NCBI GenBank assembly: GCA_943787795.1
Contig: CALSNU010000004.1
Location: 32,001-96,000 of the forward strand
From: an uncultured bacterium
GTDB lineage: Bacteria > Planctomycetota > UBA1135 > GCA-002686595
Direction: 5' to 3'
DNA length: 64,000 bases
Under the pieces are notes generated by a model that saw only the letters and a list, made by a program, of their open reading frames with translations, was not told where the DNA came from and made no database searches. Position numbers and translations under genes: made by a program. Below, piece by piece: positions 1 through 10,037 of this stretch. Every line of letters begins with the position of its first letter. Positions within the stretch are counted from its first letter, which is position 1.

Positions 1-1362
1 ACGGCCCTGCCCGAAGTCGATGAAGGCCGCGCCAATGGCGGGCTCCAGGTTGACGACACGGCCCCGGTAGATGTCGTTCACGAGCGTCTTCTGACTCTCG
101 GCGGTCATCAAGATGTCTTCGATCCGACCGTTCTCGTAGACCGCCACCCGGCGCTCCTCCGGCTCCACCGCGTTCACCGCGATCGTCTGAGTTCGCAGCG
201 CCTCGGCCTCCGCGGCCTTCTCCTCCGCGGACTTTGTCGCCGCGGCGGCGCCGGACTTCTTGGAGCGTCGACGAGTCTTCTTCGCCGAGCGCCCTTCAGC
301 GTCAGCATCAGCGTCGCGCTCGGCATCGAGCTCAGCGTCGGGGTCTCCCTCGGAGCCCGACCGGCCCGTGGCCTTCTTCCTCGACCGGCGACGGCGGCGC
401 TTCTTCTTGCCGCCTTCGCCATCAGGTCCGGAATCGCTCGAATCGGAGGACTCGCCGCCGTCGACGGACCGGCCTTCTTCTGACTCCTGCTCCCTGGAGA
501 GCCCTTCGCCTGAGCGGGTCTCCGCCTCACCGTCTTCGGAGGGCTCAGTCCGACTCGACTTGCGACGGGACTTCCGGCGGGTCCGCTTCTTGCGGCCCCC
601 CTCGGGCGGGTCCTCGTCAGCGCTCGCGTCATCGGAACCAGAGCGGCCGCGACCGCCAGCGAGTTCGTCTTCCTCGCCGGGGATGGCGTCCACCTCGGCC
701 GAGTCCTCATCATCCCCGTCACCGCGCTTGCGGCGGCGACCGCCACGGGAACCGCGCCGGCGCCTCTTGCGCCCGCCGCGCTCATCGGAGTCGCCGCTCT
801 CATCAGAGTCGTCGCGACCTTGGGAGTCCGTGCCTTCAGAGTCGCGGGGTTCGGCGGCCTCTTCGCGGCTGCCGGAGTCTTCCCGGGGAGCGTCGTCAGG
901 GTCGGCCTTCGGTGCGGAACGGCGCCTGGAGCCCCGTGACCTTGAAGCCTTGGAACGGGACACCTTGGAGCGGGAGCCTCCCTCGCCGTCCTCCTTGGCC
1001 TCTACCGAGTCACGGTCCGCGCCAGAATCCGGGCTCGCGCCTGAGGGCTCCTCTTGGCCAGAGGTCCCCCGCGCATCAGAGTCTCTCCGCGCATCAGAGT
1101 CTCCCCCCGCACGAGAGGACGCGGCTTTCTTTCGGACTGGCTTCTTCCGGACGCGTCGCTTGCGAGCCGGCTTCTCGGACGAGCTGCTCGACGCTTCGGC
1201 CGAGTCGGAGCCCGAGGCGCCGGAGCCAGACTCGATTCCGGCGCCGAAGCCGCCGGTGCCGGTCTCATCGGGGCCTTCCCACGAGGGGAGGCGGCTCGAG
1301 AGGGCGCGAAGAACCATCGAGTCAGCAGAGAGGCCTCTGCTGACGGGGTGCTGATCTGTCAT
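1..1362 (-). CDS. rne: Ribonuclease E/G family protein with long disordered N-terminal extension (partial, runs off window start)
   Basis: Manual translation: frame open from ATG 1362 to position 1. It ends ...IAVNAVEPEERRVAVYENGRIEDI...LVNDIYRGRVVNLEPAIGAAFIDFGQGR, the RNase E/G N-terminus and S1 start. Not in the ORF track because the stop is outside the window. Confidence 0.9.
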   Translation of the reverse strand, partial: MTDQHPVSRGLSADSMVLRALSSRLPSWEGPDETGTGGFGAGIESGSGASGSDSAEASSSSSEKPARKRRVRKKPVRKKAASSRAGGDSDARRDSDARGTSGQEEPSGASPDSGADRDSVEAKEDGEGGSRSKVSRSKASRSRGSRRRSAPKADPDDAPREDSGSREEAAEPRDSEGTDSQGRDDSDESGDSDERGGRKRRRRGSRGGRRRKRGDGDDEDSAEVDAIPGEEDELAGGRGRSGSDDASADEDPPEGGRKKRTRRKSRRKSSRTEPSEDGEAETRSGEGLSREQESEEGRSVDGGESSDSSDSGPDGEGGKKKRRRRRSRKKATGRSGSEGDPDAELDAERDADADAEGRSAKKTRRRSKKSGAAAATKSAEEKAAEAEALRTQTIAVNAVEPEERRVAVYENGRIEDILMTAESQKTLVNDIYRGRVVNLEPAIGAAFIDFGQGR

Positions 1363-1854
1363 CGTTGTAAAGCGCCCACCGAGGTGGCGCGCGCCCCGTC
1401 ATCCATCCCCCTCCGTGGAGGGGTTTGGGACCAGGCGCAGCGTCGACAACCGCGGGGCGCGTCGCGGCCCGCGATGGGCCGCTGGGTAACTGTGTTTCGA
1501 AGGGTGGGCGCGCGGCCGAATAGATTCGGCGCTGCGCTCCGGCGATCCCCGCACGGGTGGCGGGGCTGGACTTGGTCGGGATTGGTCGCTGTTCAGGCCG
1601 GAGACCAGTCAAACTGGCCTCAGGACCGCCCCACAGATGGCGGGGTGCAGCGGGTCCTTCTGGGGCTCGTCCGGGGATGACTCCCTGGCTTGATTGGACT
1701 CTCGCAGAGCCCATCCCCTGAGTCGAACATCCCCGCCCAAAAAAGGACGGAGGCAGCCCTGAGGGGCCCAGGAGTGGGGTTGCGCCCCCACTCTCGGCCT
1801 CCCGAGCGGCGCCCCTGACCCGGGGGCACCTGGCCCCGATCGGGGCAAGTATCG

Positions 1855-1890
1855 GGGTCGGAGACCCGCCTTCACGGGGGTCTCCGACCC
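1855..1890 (-). terminator. Perfect 13-bp inverted repeat just downstream of pilQ (terminator or stabilising hairpin)
   Basis: gggtcggagaccc-N10-gggtctccgaccc, 7 bp after the pilQ stop; no clear U-tract. Confidence 0.55.
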
Positions 1891-1897
1891 GAGGATC

Positions 1898-3688
1898 TCA
1901 CTCAGGATCTTCGTCGAGGAGCGCCTCGACCTCATCCGCGAGACGGTTCTTGCGGCGCTGAAGTTCTTGCTGGAGCAGGAACTCGGCGTCCTCGGAGTTA
2001 TGCACGAGGGACGGCGTGATGAAGATCAGGAGGCTGCGGCGGTCGCGGGACTCGTTGCGGTACTTGAAGAGCTCGCCGAGGACCGGGATGCGCGAGATGT
2101 ACGGCACCCGGCTCAGGATCTTGGTCTCCGCGTCAGTCGTCAGGCCGCCGATGACCATGGTCTGGCCGCTCTCGAAGATCATCTGCGTGAACAGGGTGGA
2201 GGAGCGGGTTCGCGGCAGCGCGATGGACCCCTCACCGCCGGCGGAGCCGACCGTGAACACATCGAAGCCCGCCGGAGCGAGGGCGCTCGCGCCCGTTCCC
2301 GAGAGGCTCGTCTCCTTCGGGATGACCTCCATGCGGATCTTCCGGGTACCCGGAATGACGTTCGGGCGCACGAGCAGTTGGAAGCCGATCTCAACGGGCG
2401 ACCCCTGGGCCTCGGCCACGGTCAGCTGGAGACCGCCGGCCTGTCCCTGCTCGGACTTGGCCTCAGCGTAGCGGACCGTCTCCCCCACGAAGATCGTCGC
2501 CTCGTTGCCGTCGAGGGTCACGATCTTGGGGGCCTGGATGACCTCTGACTTCGTGTCCCGCTGGAGCATGCGCAAGGTCGCCTGCACCTGGTTGAAGCTC
2601 AGCGCGCCGAAGATCGTCGCGGGGACCTGGGTGATCCCTGCGTTGGTGGCGCCGCCCGCCGGGTCGTTCCCGGCGTAGGGTCCGAACCCGGTGTCCGAGG
2701 CGATGATGCTGTCCTCCCAGCCGCCCTCGCCCATGCTGAAGGGAAGCTCGATCGGGATCTGCCCGCCGGAGATGGAGACCCGGGCGCCCTCGTCGCCGTA
2801 GTCGACGCCGAGGTTGAGGAGGTCCGAGTTCGCTGTGGACACGAACTTCAGGTCGACGAAGATCTGCCCGGGCTCCACATCGAGGCGGCGCAGGATCTCC
2901 TGGATCGTCTCGTGCACCTGCGTCGTGTCGCGGACGAGGATCACGTTCTGTGACTCGATGAACGTCAGGTCACCCGTGTCAGAGAGCGCGCCGTCAAGCG
3001 CGGCGAGGATAGAGAAGTGCTCGGAGGCCGGCCCTGTCGGGGGCTGCGATTGCCCCTCCACAAACTCACTCTTCAGGACCGCCGCACGGGAGCTCTTCGG
3101 CCGGATGTAGCGCAGTTGATAGCTACGGGTCACCTTCTGCATCTCCAGTTGAGCAGGGTCGACCACGCTCAGGATGTTCCGCGCCTTCTCGACGACGGTG
3201 TAGCCCCGCGCCTCGCAGATCTGCTCCAGCGCATCGCGCCAGGGGACGTTCTTCAGGCGGAGCCTGATCGTCCCCTCGACCTCGGGTGCGATGACGACGT
3301 TGGCATCCGCCGCCTTCGCGATCGTGGAGATAACCTCCCGGATGTCCTGGTCGTCGAAGACGAACTCGACGCGAATCGGGCTGCTGATCGTCAGAACGCC
3401 GGACTTGTCCTCCTCGACCACGCAGCCTGCAGACTCCGCGGCGTAGTCCAGCGCATCGCGCCAGTACACGTCCGACAGCTTGAGCGTCTTGACCTTCGCG
3501 TCCCCCCCCGCGAGGATCACGAGGTTGGCGCCAGACTTCTCGCGGAGGTACTGGACGACCTCGGAGAGGTCTCGCTCGACGATGTCGATGTCGACTCGGG
3601 CGTCGAGGCTAGGCACCTGGGCGTTCGCGAGCGGAGTGAGCGCGGCCAGGCAGAGGCCGATCGCGTTGAGGCGGTTGATGAGTTTCAC
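1898..3688 (-). CDS. pilQ: Type IV pilus/T2SS secretin
   Basis: Signal peptide (LTPLANA-Q), repeated N-domains (LKNVPWRDAL), secretin domain (QAPKIVTLDGNEATIFVG, VPYISRIPVLGELF, LLIFITP); last gene of a pilMNO operon. Confidence 0.9.
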   Translation of the reverse strand: MKLINRLNAIGLCLAALTPLANAQVPSLDARVDIDIVERDLSEVVQYLREKSGANLVILAGGDAKVKTLKLSDVYWRDALDYAAESAGCVVEEDKSGVLTISSPIRVEFVFDDQDIREVISTIAKAADANVVIAPEVEGTIRLRLKNVPWRDALEQICEARGYTVVEKARNILSVVDPAQLEMQKVTRSYQLRYIRPKSSRAAVLKSEFVEGQSQPPTGPASEHFSILAALDGALSDTGDLTFIESQNVILVRDTTQVHETIQEILRRLDVEPGQIFVDLKFVSTANSDLLNLGVDYGDEGARVSISGGQIPIELPFSMGEGGWEDSIIASDTGFGPYAGNDPAGGATNAGITQVPATIFGALSFNQVQATLRMLQRDTKSEVIQAPKIVTLDGNEATIFVGETVRYAEAKSEQGQAGGLQLTVAEAQGSPVEIGFQLLVRPNVIPGTRKIRMEVIPKETSLSGTGASALAPAGFDVFTVGSAGGEGSIALPRTRSSTLFTQMIFESGQTMVIGGLTTDAETKILSRVPYISRIPVLGELFKYRNESRDRRSLLIFITPSLVHNSEDAEFLLQQELQRRKNRLADEVEALLDEDPE

Positions 3689-3806
3689 CAGGAGTCCTTC
3701 TGTCCGACGAGCGGACGGTAGTTTGCTTGGAGTGGCGTTGATTGTTGATTGAACGGTGCGGAGCTCTGGGGCGGCAGCACCCCATCGCGCTCGAGCGGAG
3801 CGCGAC

Positions 3807-5213
3807 TCAGAACTCTCGCGTCACGATGGCGCCGCGGAAGATGAAGTCGACCTCGTTGGGCCGCACGTCGTGAACGACGAGCTCGTCTCCCACCGGGTCG
3901 CCGATGGTCTTGCGCTTGCCGTCGATGATGATCACGGGCTGGAGCCCCTCGATGATGGCGACGCCGCCGACCTTGAACTCCGCCCGACTGAAGTCGCGGA
4001 GGATGGTGGCTTCCTCGGAGAGGAGGATCAGCCAGTTGGCAAGCTCCTCGCGCTCCGGGTCGTCCACCAGCAGGTCCAGGGAGTCCTCGATCGCATCGAA
4101 GGCGTCGAGCGCGTACTCGTAGCGGAACCCCTCGATGTACCCGACCATGGTGTCGCCGACGGTCTGAAGCGCGGTCGCGCTTGGCCCCTCGATCGCCTTG
4201 CTCCGATCCAGCGCGAGGCGCAGGACCTCCAGCGGGTCCGCGACCATGGTGTCCAGCCGCTTACGCGCCGGACGATACGTGATGCGCCCCTCGTCCTCGA
4301 TCCGGCCGAGATCCTCTGCGATGCGGAGGATCAGCTTCTCGAGCTCGCTGCGCTGGACCATTCGCTCCAGGACGGACTTGGCGGCGATCGACGCGGCCCA
4401 GTATCCCTGCGCCTCCTCGACGCGGGCCACCAGCTCATCCACCTCTTCCTGTTGGCGCTGGACCGTCCACGCATTCGGGTCGTCCACGCGCGCTGGTACC
4501 CGGGGATCGACCAGCGGGTCCCGACGGCCGCGGGCGCCCTGGTAGCGATAGGTCTGGAGGGTCAGCGCCTGACGACGGACACCGATCTTGCCCGAGAGCA
4601 AGTCACGCTTTCGCTCGTAGCTCCGGATCTCGACCTCGCCCTCATCGGCGCCAGGAGGGACGTACTTGTACGTCTCGACGTCGAGGACGATCGCGTGGCT
4701 CGCGATCCCCTCGTCCAGGATCTGCCGGCGGTTCGCCGACTTGATGCTCAGGGAGGACACCGCCATGAAGCGGCTGTGGGTCTCGATGCGGTTCAGGAAG
4801 TCGAGCACTTGGAAGGTGTCGCCGGCCAGTCGCCACTGGTACGAGACGCGTTCGAACGCCGAGCGTGTGCGCTGCCGCGAACTCGCCTGGGACGTGGGCC
4901 TGAACCCTTGCGAGGAGACTCCCGCCTCCTGCATGTACTCCTGGAAGTCGCGGATGACGTTGTTAAGGTCCTTCGTATCCGGGAGGATTTCGCGGATACG
5001 ATCCGAGATCTCCCGGAGGATGATGACCTCTTGCTCCACCTCCGGCGTGGACTGCACGGTGGTGCGTGACCTCTTGATCTGGTCACGAAGGGAGACGACC
5101 TCGGCCTGCGCCGTGTTCACGTTCCCGAGCTCACTGTAGATGAGGTAGCCAAAGAGGAGCGCGAGGCCTGCGGTGATGCCGCAGAAGGCGGACCAGAACT
5201 GCTTGTCCTTCAC
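3807..5213 (-). CDS. pilO: PilO-like inner-membrane protein with long C-terminal PilP/GspB-like extension
   Basis: N-terminal TM, coiled coil, ILPDTKDL, FLNRIETHSRFMAVSSLSI (PilO-like); follows pilN; 468 aa. Confidence 0.7.
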   Translation of the reverse strand: MKDKQFWSAFCGITAGLALLFGYLIYSELGNVNTAQAEVVSLRDQIKRSRTTVQSTPEVEQEVIILREISDRIREILPDTKDLNNVIRDFQEYMQEAGVSSQGFRPTSQASSRQRTRSAFERVSYQWRLAGDTFQVLDFLNRIETHSRFMAVSSLSIKSANRRQILDEGIASHAIVLDVETYKYVPPGADEGEVEIRSYERKRDLLSGKIGVRRQALTLQTYRYQGARGRRDPLVDPRVPARVDDPNAWTVQRQQEEVDELVARVEEAQGYWAASIAAKSVLERMVQRSELEKLILRIAEDLGRIEDEGRITYRPARKRLDTMVADPLEVLRLALDRSKAIEGPSATALQTVGDTMVGYIEGFRYEYALDAFDAIEDSLDLLVDDPEREELANWLILLSEEATILRDFSRAEFKVGGVAIIEGLQPVIIIDGKRKTIGDPVGDELVVHDVRPNEVDFIFRGAIVTREF

Positions 5214-5875
5214 TGGTCTTCCCCCTGTGCCGCTTCGCGGTTCTTGAGGCGGTCCTGCGGGCTGAGCAGGTTCATCCGGAGCGGGAACGACCAGGTCACG
5301 GAGGGGATGAGGGTCTCATCCGGCTGCTCCTGGGTCGCCTGGAGCGGCTCGGGCGCCTCGAACATCCCCATCAAGGACGAGAGTGAGGGGTCCTCGAGGT
5401 CCTCCGCGAAGTTCGCCAGCTGCGCGTAGGCCTCCGCGCCGGAGACGCTGTCCGCGGACAACTTGCCGAAGCTGTTCCTGTCCGACTTCACCTCGGCGTC
5501 GAGATTGTTGAACCAGATGAAGTGGTCCACGCCCTCCCGGCCGGCGTGGACGACGTCGATCATCTCGTCCAGTGTCTTGGTCCACAGGACCCGGTTCTTG
5601 GTGATCTCGGCGAGCGTCTGCTCGCGCTGGGACCGCGTCGAGATCTCGGCCTTGAGGCTGTTGTGGTAGTCGACCTGCCACTTGAGGCCTGAGAGGTCAG
5701 CCTGGAGCACGTCCCTGGTCGTCTCAACGTTGGCCTTGACCCCGAAGTGGAGGTAGCCCCAGTAGGCGAAGAGCGATGTGTTGAGGAGCACGGCCGCGCT
5801 GATGGCCGCGATCATTCCGATCGGGGACTTCGCTCTGCGGCGGTACTCTTCGGGAAGGAGATTGACGCTGATCAT
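5210..5875 (-). CDS. pilN: Type IV pilus assembly protein PilN
   Basis: Start re-set to MISVNLLPEE (INLLP PilM-binding motif), single TM, coiled coil; overlaps the pilM stop. Confidence 0.85.
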   Translation of the reverse strand: MISVNLLPEEYRRRAKSPIGMIAAISAAVLLNTSLFAYWGYLHFGVKANVETTRDVLQADLSGLKWQVDYHNSLKAEISTRSQREQTLAEITKNRVLWTKTLDEMIDVVHAGREGVDHFIWFNNLDAEVKSDRNSFGKLSADSVSGAEAYAQLANFAEDLEDPSLSSLMGMFEAPEPLQATQEQPDETLIPSVTWSFPLRMNLLSPQDRLKNREAAQGEDQ

Positions 5876-6900
5876 TGGTTCACCACCCGGGACGCGAGTC
5901 CGACGGCAACGACGAGGGACGGGGCCCAAGCCTCGAGTTCTTCGACGTCGACCCGGTTGACGTCCACGCGGAGCCCCTCGAGGGGGTTCCAGAGGCGCGT
6001 CGGCCGAGCGACGGCCTGTTCGACGTACTCGGCAGCCCCAGGCGCGAGGACCCCCCCACCGGAGAGCAGGACCTCCGTGACCGTGAGGCCTTCGTTGTGT
6101 TCGACGTAGTCCATGGAGAGCATGAGCTCAGAGGCGAGGTCTTCGAGGACCGGACCGATGGCCGTTCGTACCTCGGCCTGATGGTCCTCCGAGGTGCGCT
6201 TGACGGCCTCGGCTTCGAAACCCTCAAGGCTGAGGCGGCGTGCGACGGCCTGGGTCATGTTCGCGCCGCCGATGGGGATCTCGCGGCTGAAGCAGCTGAC
6301 CCCGCCGCGCATCACGTTGATGGAGGTGACGCGCGAGCCCACATCGACGAGGGCGGTCGCGCGGGCGTCTCTCCCGTCGGCAGCCTCGGAGACCGGCATC
6401 ACGCAGAGCTCCCAGGCGTTGGCGATGGCGAACAGGTCCAGGTCAATCGCGATGGGCAGCAGGCCCGCGCTCTGGATCATCTGAGCCTGGCCGTTCAGGC
6501 GCTCGGACTGGCAAGCCGCCACGAGGACGGACATCTCCGGGTCATCCTGCGTGCCTCGGCGGAGCGGGAGGCAGTCCAGGATGAAGTCCTCGTCCGACGC
6601 GACGATCTTGTCCGCCTCGAACTGGATCGCCTGCTGTAGCTCGGTGTCCGACATGGCCGGCATGGACAGGTAGCGGACCACCGTGTCCTGCCCGGACACG
6701 CCGGATACGACCCGCTTGGAGCGGAAGCGGCCCTCCTTGAAGACCTGCTTCACGGCATCATCGATGCTCCCTCCGGGGGGAAGCTCGGCGCGGCTGAAGC
6801 CGGTGATGACCGGCTCCTGCCCCTCAAGCGTGATCTCGACGGCCTTTACGACCGAACTCCCGAGGTCGAGTCCGACCACCCTCTTCTTGCTCCGAAACAC
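5872..6900 (-). CDS. pilM: Type IV pilus assembly actin-like protein PilM
   Basis: GTG start, VVGLDLGSSVVKAVE, ALVDVGS, FSREIPIGG, VLLSGGG, WNPL, VAVGLA. Confidence 0.9.
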   Translation of the reverse strand: MFRSKKRVVGLDLGSSVVKAVEITLEGQEPVITGFSRAELPPGGSIDDAVKQVFKEGRFRSKRVVSGVSGQDTVVRYLSMPAMSDTELQQAIQFEADKIVASDEDFILDCLPLRRGTQDDPEMSVLVAACQSERLNGQAQMIQSAGLLPIAIDLDLFAIANAWELCVMPVSEAADGRDARATALVDVGSRVTSINVMRGGVSCFSREIPIGGANMTQAVARRLSLEGFEAEAVKRTSEDHQAEVRTAIGPVLEDLASELMLSMDYVEHNEGLTVTEVLLSGGGVLAPGAAEYVEQAVARPTRLWNPLEGLRVDVNRVDVEELEAWAPSLVVAVGLASRVVNQ

Positions 6901-7241
6901 TTGCCTTGCCCGTTGGTTGGGAGGCCGCACTCGATGGGGTTGCCCCGGCGGCTTCACTGGCTCTGTCGTCCAGCCCCATCAAAAGGGTTGAGTGGCCGTC
7001 CCGAAAAAGAACAGCAAAGGGCCTTCACGGGGCTGCGAGCGGGTTTCCCCGCCTGGTCTGCAGCGCCGTCAGGGCCACTCCGAGCGACCCCGTGGCTCGG
7101 CCCGGGACCGGGAACAGCGCTCCCGGGAGAATCCCCCGAATGTGCGCTCGGAGTCGCGGCGATCACCCGGGCCCGGCGCCGAGAGGCCCCCTTCCGACCG
7201 GGCACGGCATGGCGCGGCTCCGAAGCCGAGCCAGGGGCTTC

Positions 7242-7532
7242 TCAGCTGGCGCTCTCGCGCTCCCCGAAGCCAGAGGCGAAGAGCTCCGCCAGACCGGACA
7301 GGAGTCCCTCTGCCCCGTCCCCATCCGCGCTGAGCTCCAGCTCGGTTCCCTGCCGCGCCTCGAGGGTCATGAGCTCGAGGATGCTCTTGCCGTTCACGTC
7401 ACGGGACTCATCCCCGGCGGAACGGATCCTGAGAGAACAGGCGTATCCCATGGCAAGGGAGACGATGGCGTGACAGGGGCGGGCATGCAGGCCCGCCTCA
7501 TTGACAACCTTGACGTTGCGGCAGTTGGTCAT
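7242..7532 (-). CDS. ptsH: Phosphocarrier protein HPr/NPr
   Basis: NEAGLHARP (His15) and NGKSILELMTL (Ser46) motifs. Confidence 0.92.
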   Translation of the reverse strand: MTNCRNVKVVNEAGLHARPCHAIVSLAMGYACSLRIRSAGDESRDVNGKSILELMTLEARQGTELELSADGDGAEGLLSGLAELFASGFGERESAS

Positions 7533-7574
7533 GATCAAGTCCTCTGACGCGGTGCCCAGGCACCACAGCGAGGC

Positions 7575-8054
7575 TCAGATCGAGGACATCTCCTTGAGGA
7601 GCCCGACCAACTGTGGCTTGGTCTTCGCCTGGAGTGCAAACGCACGGAAGTCCGTGTCCCGCGCCAGCTTCGCGATCCAACGCATCATCTCGAGGTGATC
7701 CTCGGGATCATATTCCTCGGTGGCGTTGTGGGGCCGGATCACGGTGAAGAGGATCTGGACCGGTGCTCCGTCCACGGCCCGCCACTCCAAGCCCTCCTTG
7801 CAGACGGCCAGTGAGCAAACGGCCTCCGCGAGCCCCTCCACCTTCACGTGCGGGATCGCGACGTTCATCCCCACGCCGGTGGACGCGAGCGCCTCCCTGT
7901 CATGCAGCGCCTTTCGGATCGCCTCTCCGAGGTCCTCGTTGACCAGTCCCGAGGAGACGATCTGCGCGGCGACCTCGTCGAGGGCCTCTTCCTTCGACTC
8001 AGCCTTCATCTTCAGGATGCAGGCCTTCGACTTGAAACGCTTGTACCAGTCCAT
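7575..8054 (-). CDS. ptsN: PTS IIA-like nitrogen-regulatory protein
   Basis: REALASTGVGMNVAIPH motif and DGAPV; likely start MDWYKRF; in the rpoN cluster. Confidence 0.85.
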   Translation of the reverse strand: MDWYKRFKSKACILKMKAESKEEALDEVAAQIVSSGLVNEDLGEAIRKALHDREALASTGVGMNVAIPHVKVEGLAEAVCSLAVCKEGLEWRAVDGAPVQILFTVIRPHNATEEYDPEDHLEMMRWIAKLARDTDFRAFALQAKTKPQLVGLLKEMSSI

Positions 8055-8110
8055 GGAGGCAGTGGGTGACGGAGCAGGTGGCCATGGGTTCATGGGCCGC
8101 CGGTGGGGCG

Positions 8111-8119
8111 ATTCTAACA
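8111..8119 (-). promoter_or_regulatory. Extended -10 promoter (TGTTAGAAT) upstream of ptsN
   Basis: AT-rich TGnTAnnnT match in a GC-rich spacer about 55 nt upstream of the ptsN start. Confidence 0.5.
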
Positions 8120-8377
8120 AGTTGAGCGCGACTCGGCTGGACGGGCATCTCCGCCCCGTCGGCGGCCCCAGGCCGCGCCCCGTCCCGAGTCTGTGCGGGC
8201 CAGGCGCCGGGACGGTCCGGACCGTCCCCATGCCCCGGAGGGTCCACCTCGCGGGGCCCCGCTCCGCTCGAAACCGAGAGGCCCCGCTTGAAACCGAGGG
8301 CGGCCCGGCTGGATCAAAGTCCAGCCGGGCCGCCCCATAGGCCACAGGACCCAGGGTCCCGCGGCAGCAGACATCGG

Positions 8378-8692
8378 TCAGGCGACCCCGTGGTTCCTCC
8401 GGGGCTCCAGCTTCGCCTTGTCGTGCTGCTTGCGCAGTTGGCGCCCCATCCGGTCGATCGCCTCGTAGAGCGCCTCCCCGAATGCGTCCCTGTGGACGTT
8501 GGCCACAAGCGTTTGCCCGCGGCCCAAATTTGCGACCAGTTCCACCCGGTGCGTTCGGGCGTCCTTCTCGAGGCGCGCATCCATGGAGATGATCTCCTGA
8601 TTGAAACGCTCGAGCGCAGCTAGACGCTCCTCGACGAGGTTGCGGTAGCGGCTCGGGTAATCGTGATGCAGGATCGACACTTTGGTCTTCAT
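8378..8692 (-). CDS. hpf: Ribosome hibernation promoting factor (short HPF/RaiA)
   Basis: AGGAGG SD before MKTKVSILHH; LYEAIDRMGRQLRKQHDK C-terminal motif; rpoN-cluster context. Confidence 0.85.
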   Translation of the reverse strand: MKTKVSILHHDYPSRYRNLVEERLAALERFNQEIISMDARLEKDARTHRVELVANLGRGQTLVANVHRDAFGEALYEAIDRMGRQLRKQHDKAKLEPRRNHGVA

Positions 8693-9216
8693 GCGTACCT
8701 CCTGGAGCGTGGGTTTCGAGTTGTCCTGGTGATCCACCGGCAGTCCGGCGGGCCCCGATCGACCCTGCGACAAAGGAGCGCAGACGTCAAGGCCTCTCTT
8801 CCCAGCCGACCCCTGGGGCCCCCCGAATGCACTTTCTTCAGGAATCCTCCGGCGGTTGGCGTCCCAACAGGCGCCTGTCCTGGGGAGAGCCCCCCACGGG
8901 GTCCCGGGGCCCCGGGTCACGCCTGACGATGAGCCGCGTCAAGCGGAGTCACCCCGAGGGCCCTCGCAGGCGGGAGCGCCGCCATCAGAGGCCGTGGCTG
9001 CAGGGGGGCCGGTCTAGACGGGCCCCACCGGAGGGTCCGCTCGCTCCAGATGACCCTCGCCTGGGAGGCGAGGGCGATTCAGCGCCGCACAGGTGAAGCG
9101 CGAACCCGCTGATTGGCGAGGCGCCCGTGTCGCGAGGCTGCGCCGTGATGAGCCCGCTGCCCGCAGTTCCCGCCGCCTTTAGAGGCCGCCGCCAGGGAAA
9201 GCCGCTGTGCCGCGAC

Positions 9217-10017
9217 TCAGTCGAGGAGCCCGGGGACCCCGGCGGGGCCTCGATCTGGCCCCACGAAGGTCGGCTCGTCGTAGAGCACACGCACCATGTA
9301 GAGACCTCTGGCGGGAGCCGTAGGGCCCGCCAGGCTCCGATCGCCGGACGCCAGAGCTGCGCTGACATCGTCAGGCGACATGGCCCCCTTGCCGACCTGG
9401 ATCAGCGTGCCTGCGATGGTCCTCACCATGTTGTAGAGGAAGCCGTCCCCCTGAACGATGATGGCGAAGCGTTCCCGCCGGGCCACCAGCCGCAGGTGCT
9501 GCACCGTGCGGACCGTCGACTTGCGCGGCGACCCGGCGGTGGCGAACGCGGCGAAGTCCCGCCGCCCGATGATGCGCGCGGCGGCCGCCTTCATGGCCGC
9601 GCGGTCCAGGGGCGCGGGATCCCAGTGCACGTGCTCCACCCCCAGCGCTGGCCGGTGTCGCGTGCTCTGCACCACGTAGGCGTAGCGCTTGCCGCGCGCA
9701 TCGAAGCGCGCATGAAAGTCATCCCTGCACGTCTCGGCCCTGCGGATGCGGACCCCCGCAGGCAGGTGCGCGTTCAGCGCGTGCCGGAGGCGGTCATCGT
9801 CCAGGCGGGTATCCACGTGGAAGTGGGCCACCTGCCGGAACGCATGGACCCCGGTATCGGTTCGACCGGCGCCGTGGATGGTGACGATCGTCCCCAGGAG
9901 GTCGGCGAGACCATCCTCGATGGACGCCTGAACGCTGGCGAAGCCGTCCTGGCGCTGCCACCCGAAGAAGAGCGAGCCGTCGTATGCGACCTCGATACGG
10001 ACGTTGCGCAGCGCCAT
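9217..10017 (-). CDS. truA: tRNA pseudouridine(38-40) synthase
   Basis: YDGSLFFGWQRQ, GAGRTDTGVHA, FHARF, GFLYNMVR, TAPARGL. Confidence 0.97.
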   Translation of the reverse strand: MALRNVRIEVAYDGSLFFGWQRQDGFASVQASIEDGLADLLGTIVTIHGAGRTDTGVHAFRQVAHFHVDTRLDDDRLRHALNAHLPAGVRIRRAETCRDDFHARFDARGKRYAYVVQSTRHRPALGVEHVHWDPAPLDRAAMKAAAARIIGRRDFAAFATAGSPRKSTVRTVQHLRLVARRERFAIIVQGDGFLYNMVRTIAGTLIQVGKGAMSPDDVSAALASGDRSLAGPTAPARGLYMVRVLYDEPTFVGPDRGPAGVPGLLD

Positions 10018-10037
10018 GACGCCGCGAGGATAGCCGC

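Noticed and set aside
234..1354. Plus-strand Ser/Arg-rich ORFs of 364-369 aa
   Set aside because: Shadows of the low-complexity N-terminus of minus-strand rne.
7059..7077. Sigma54 -24/-12 site upstream of pilM (TGGCCCTGACGGCGC on the minus strand)
   Set aside because: Only GG-N10-GC matches and TTGC is lacking; expected by chance at this GC content.
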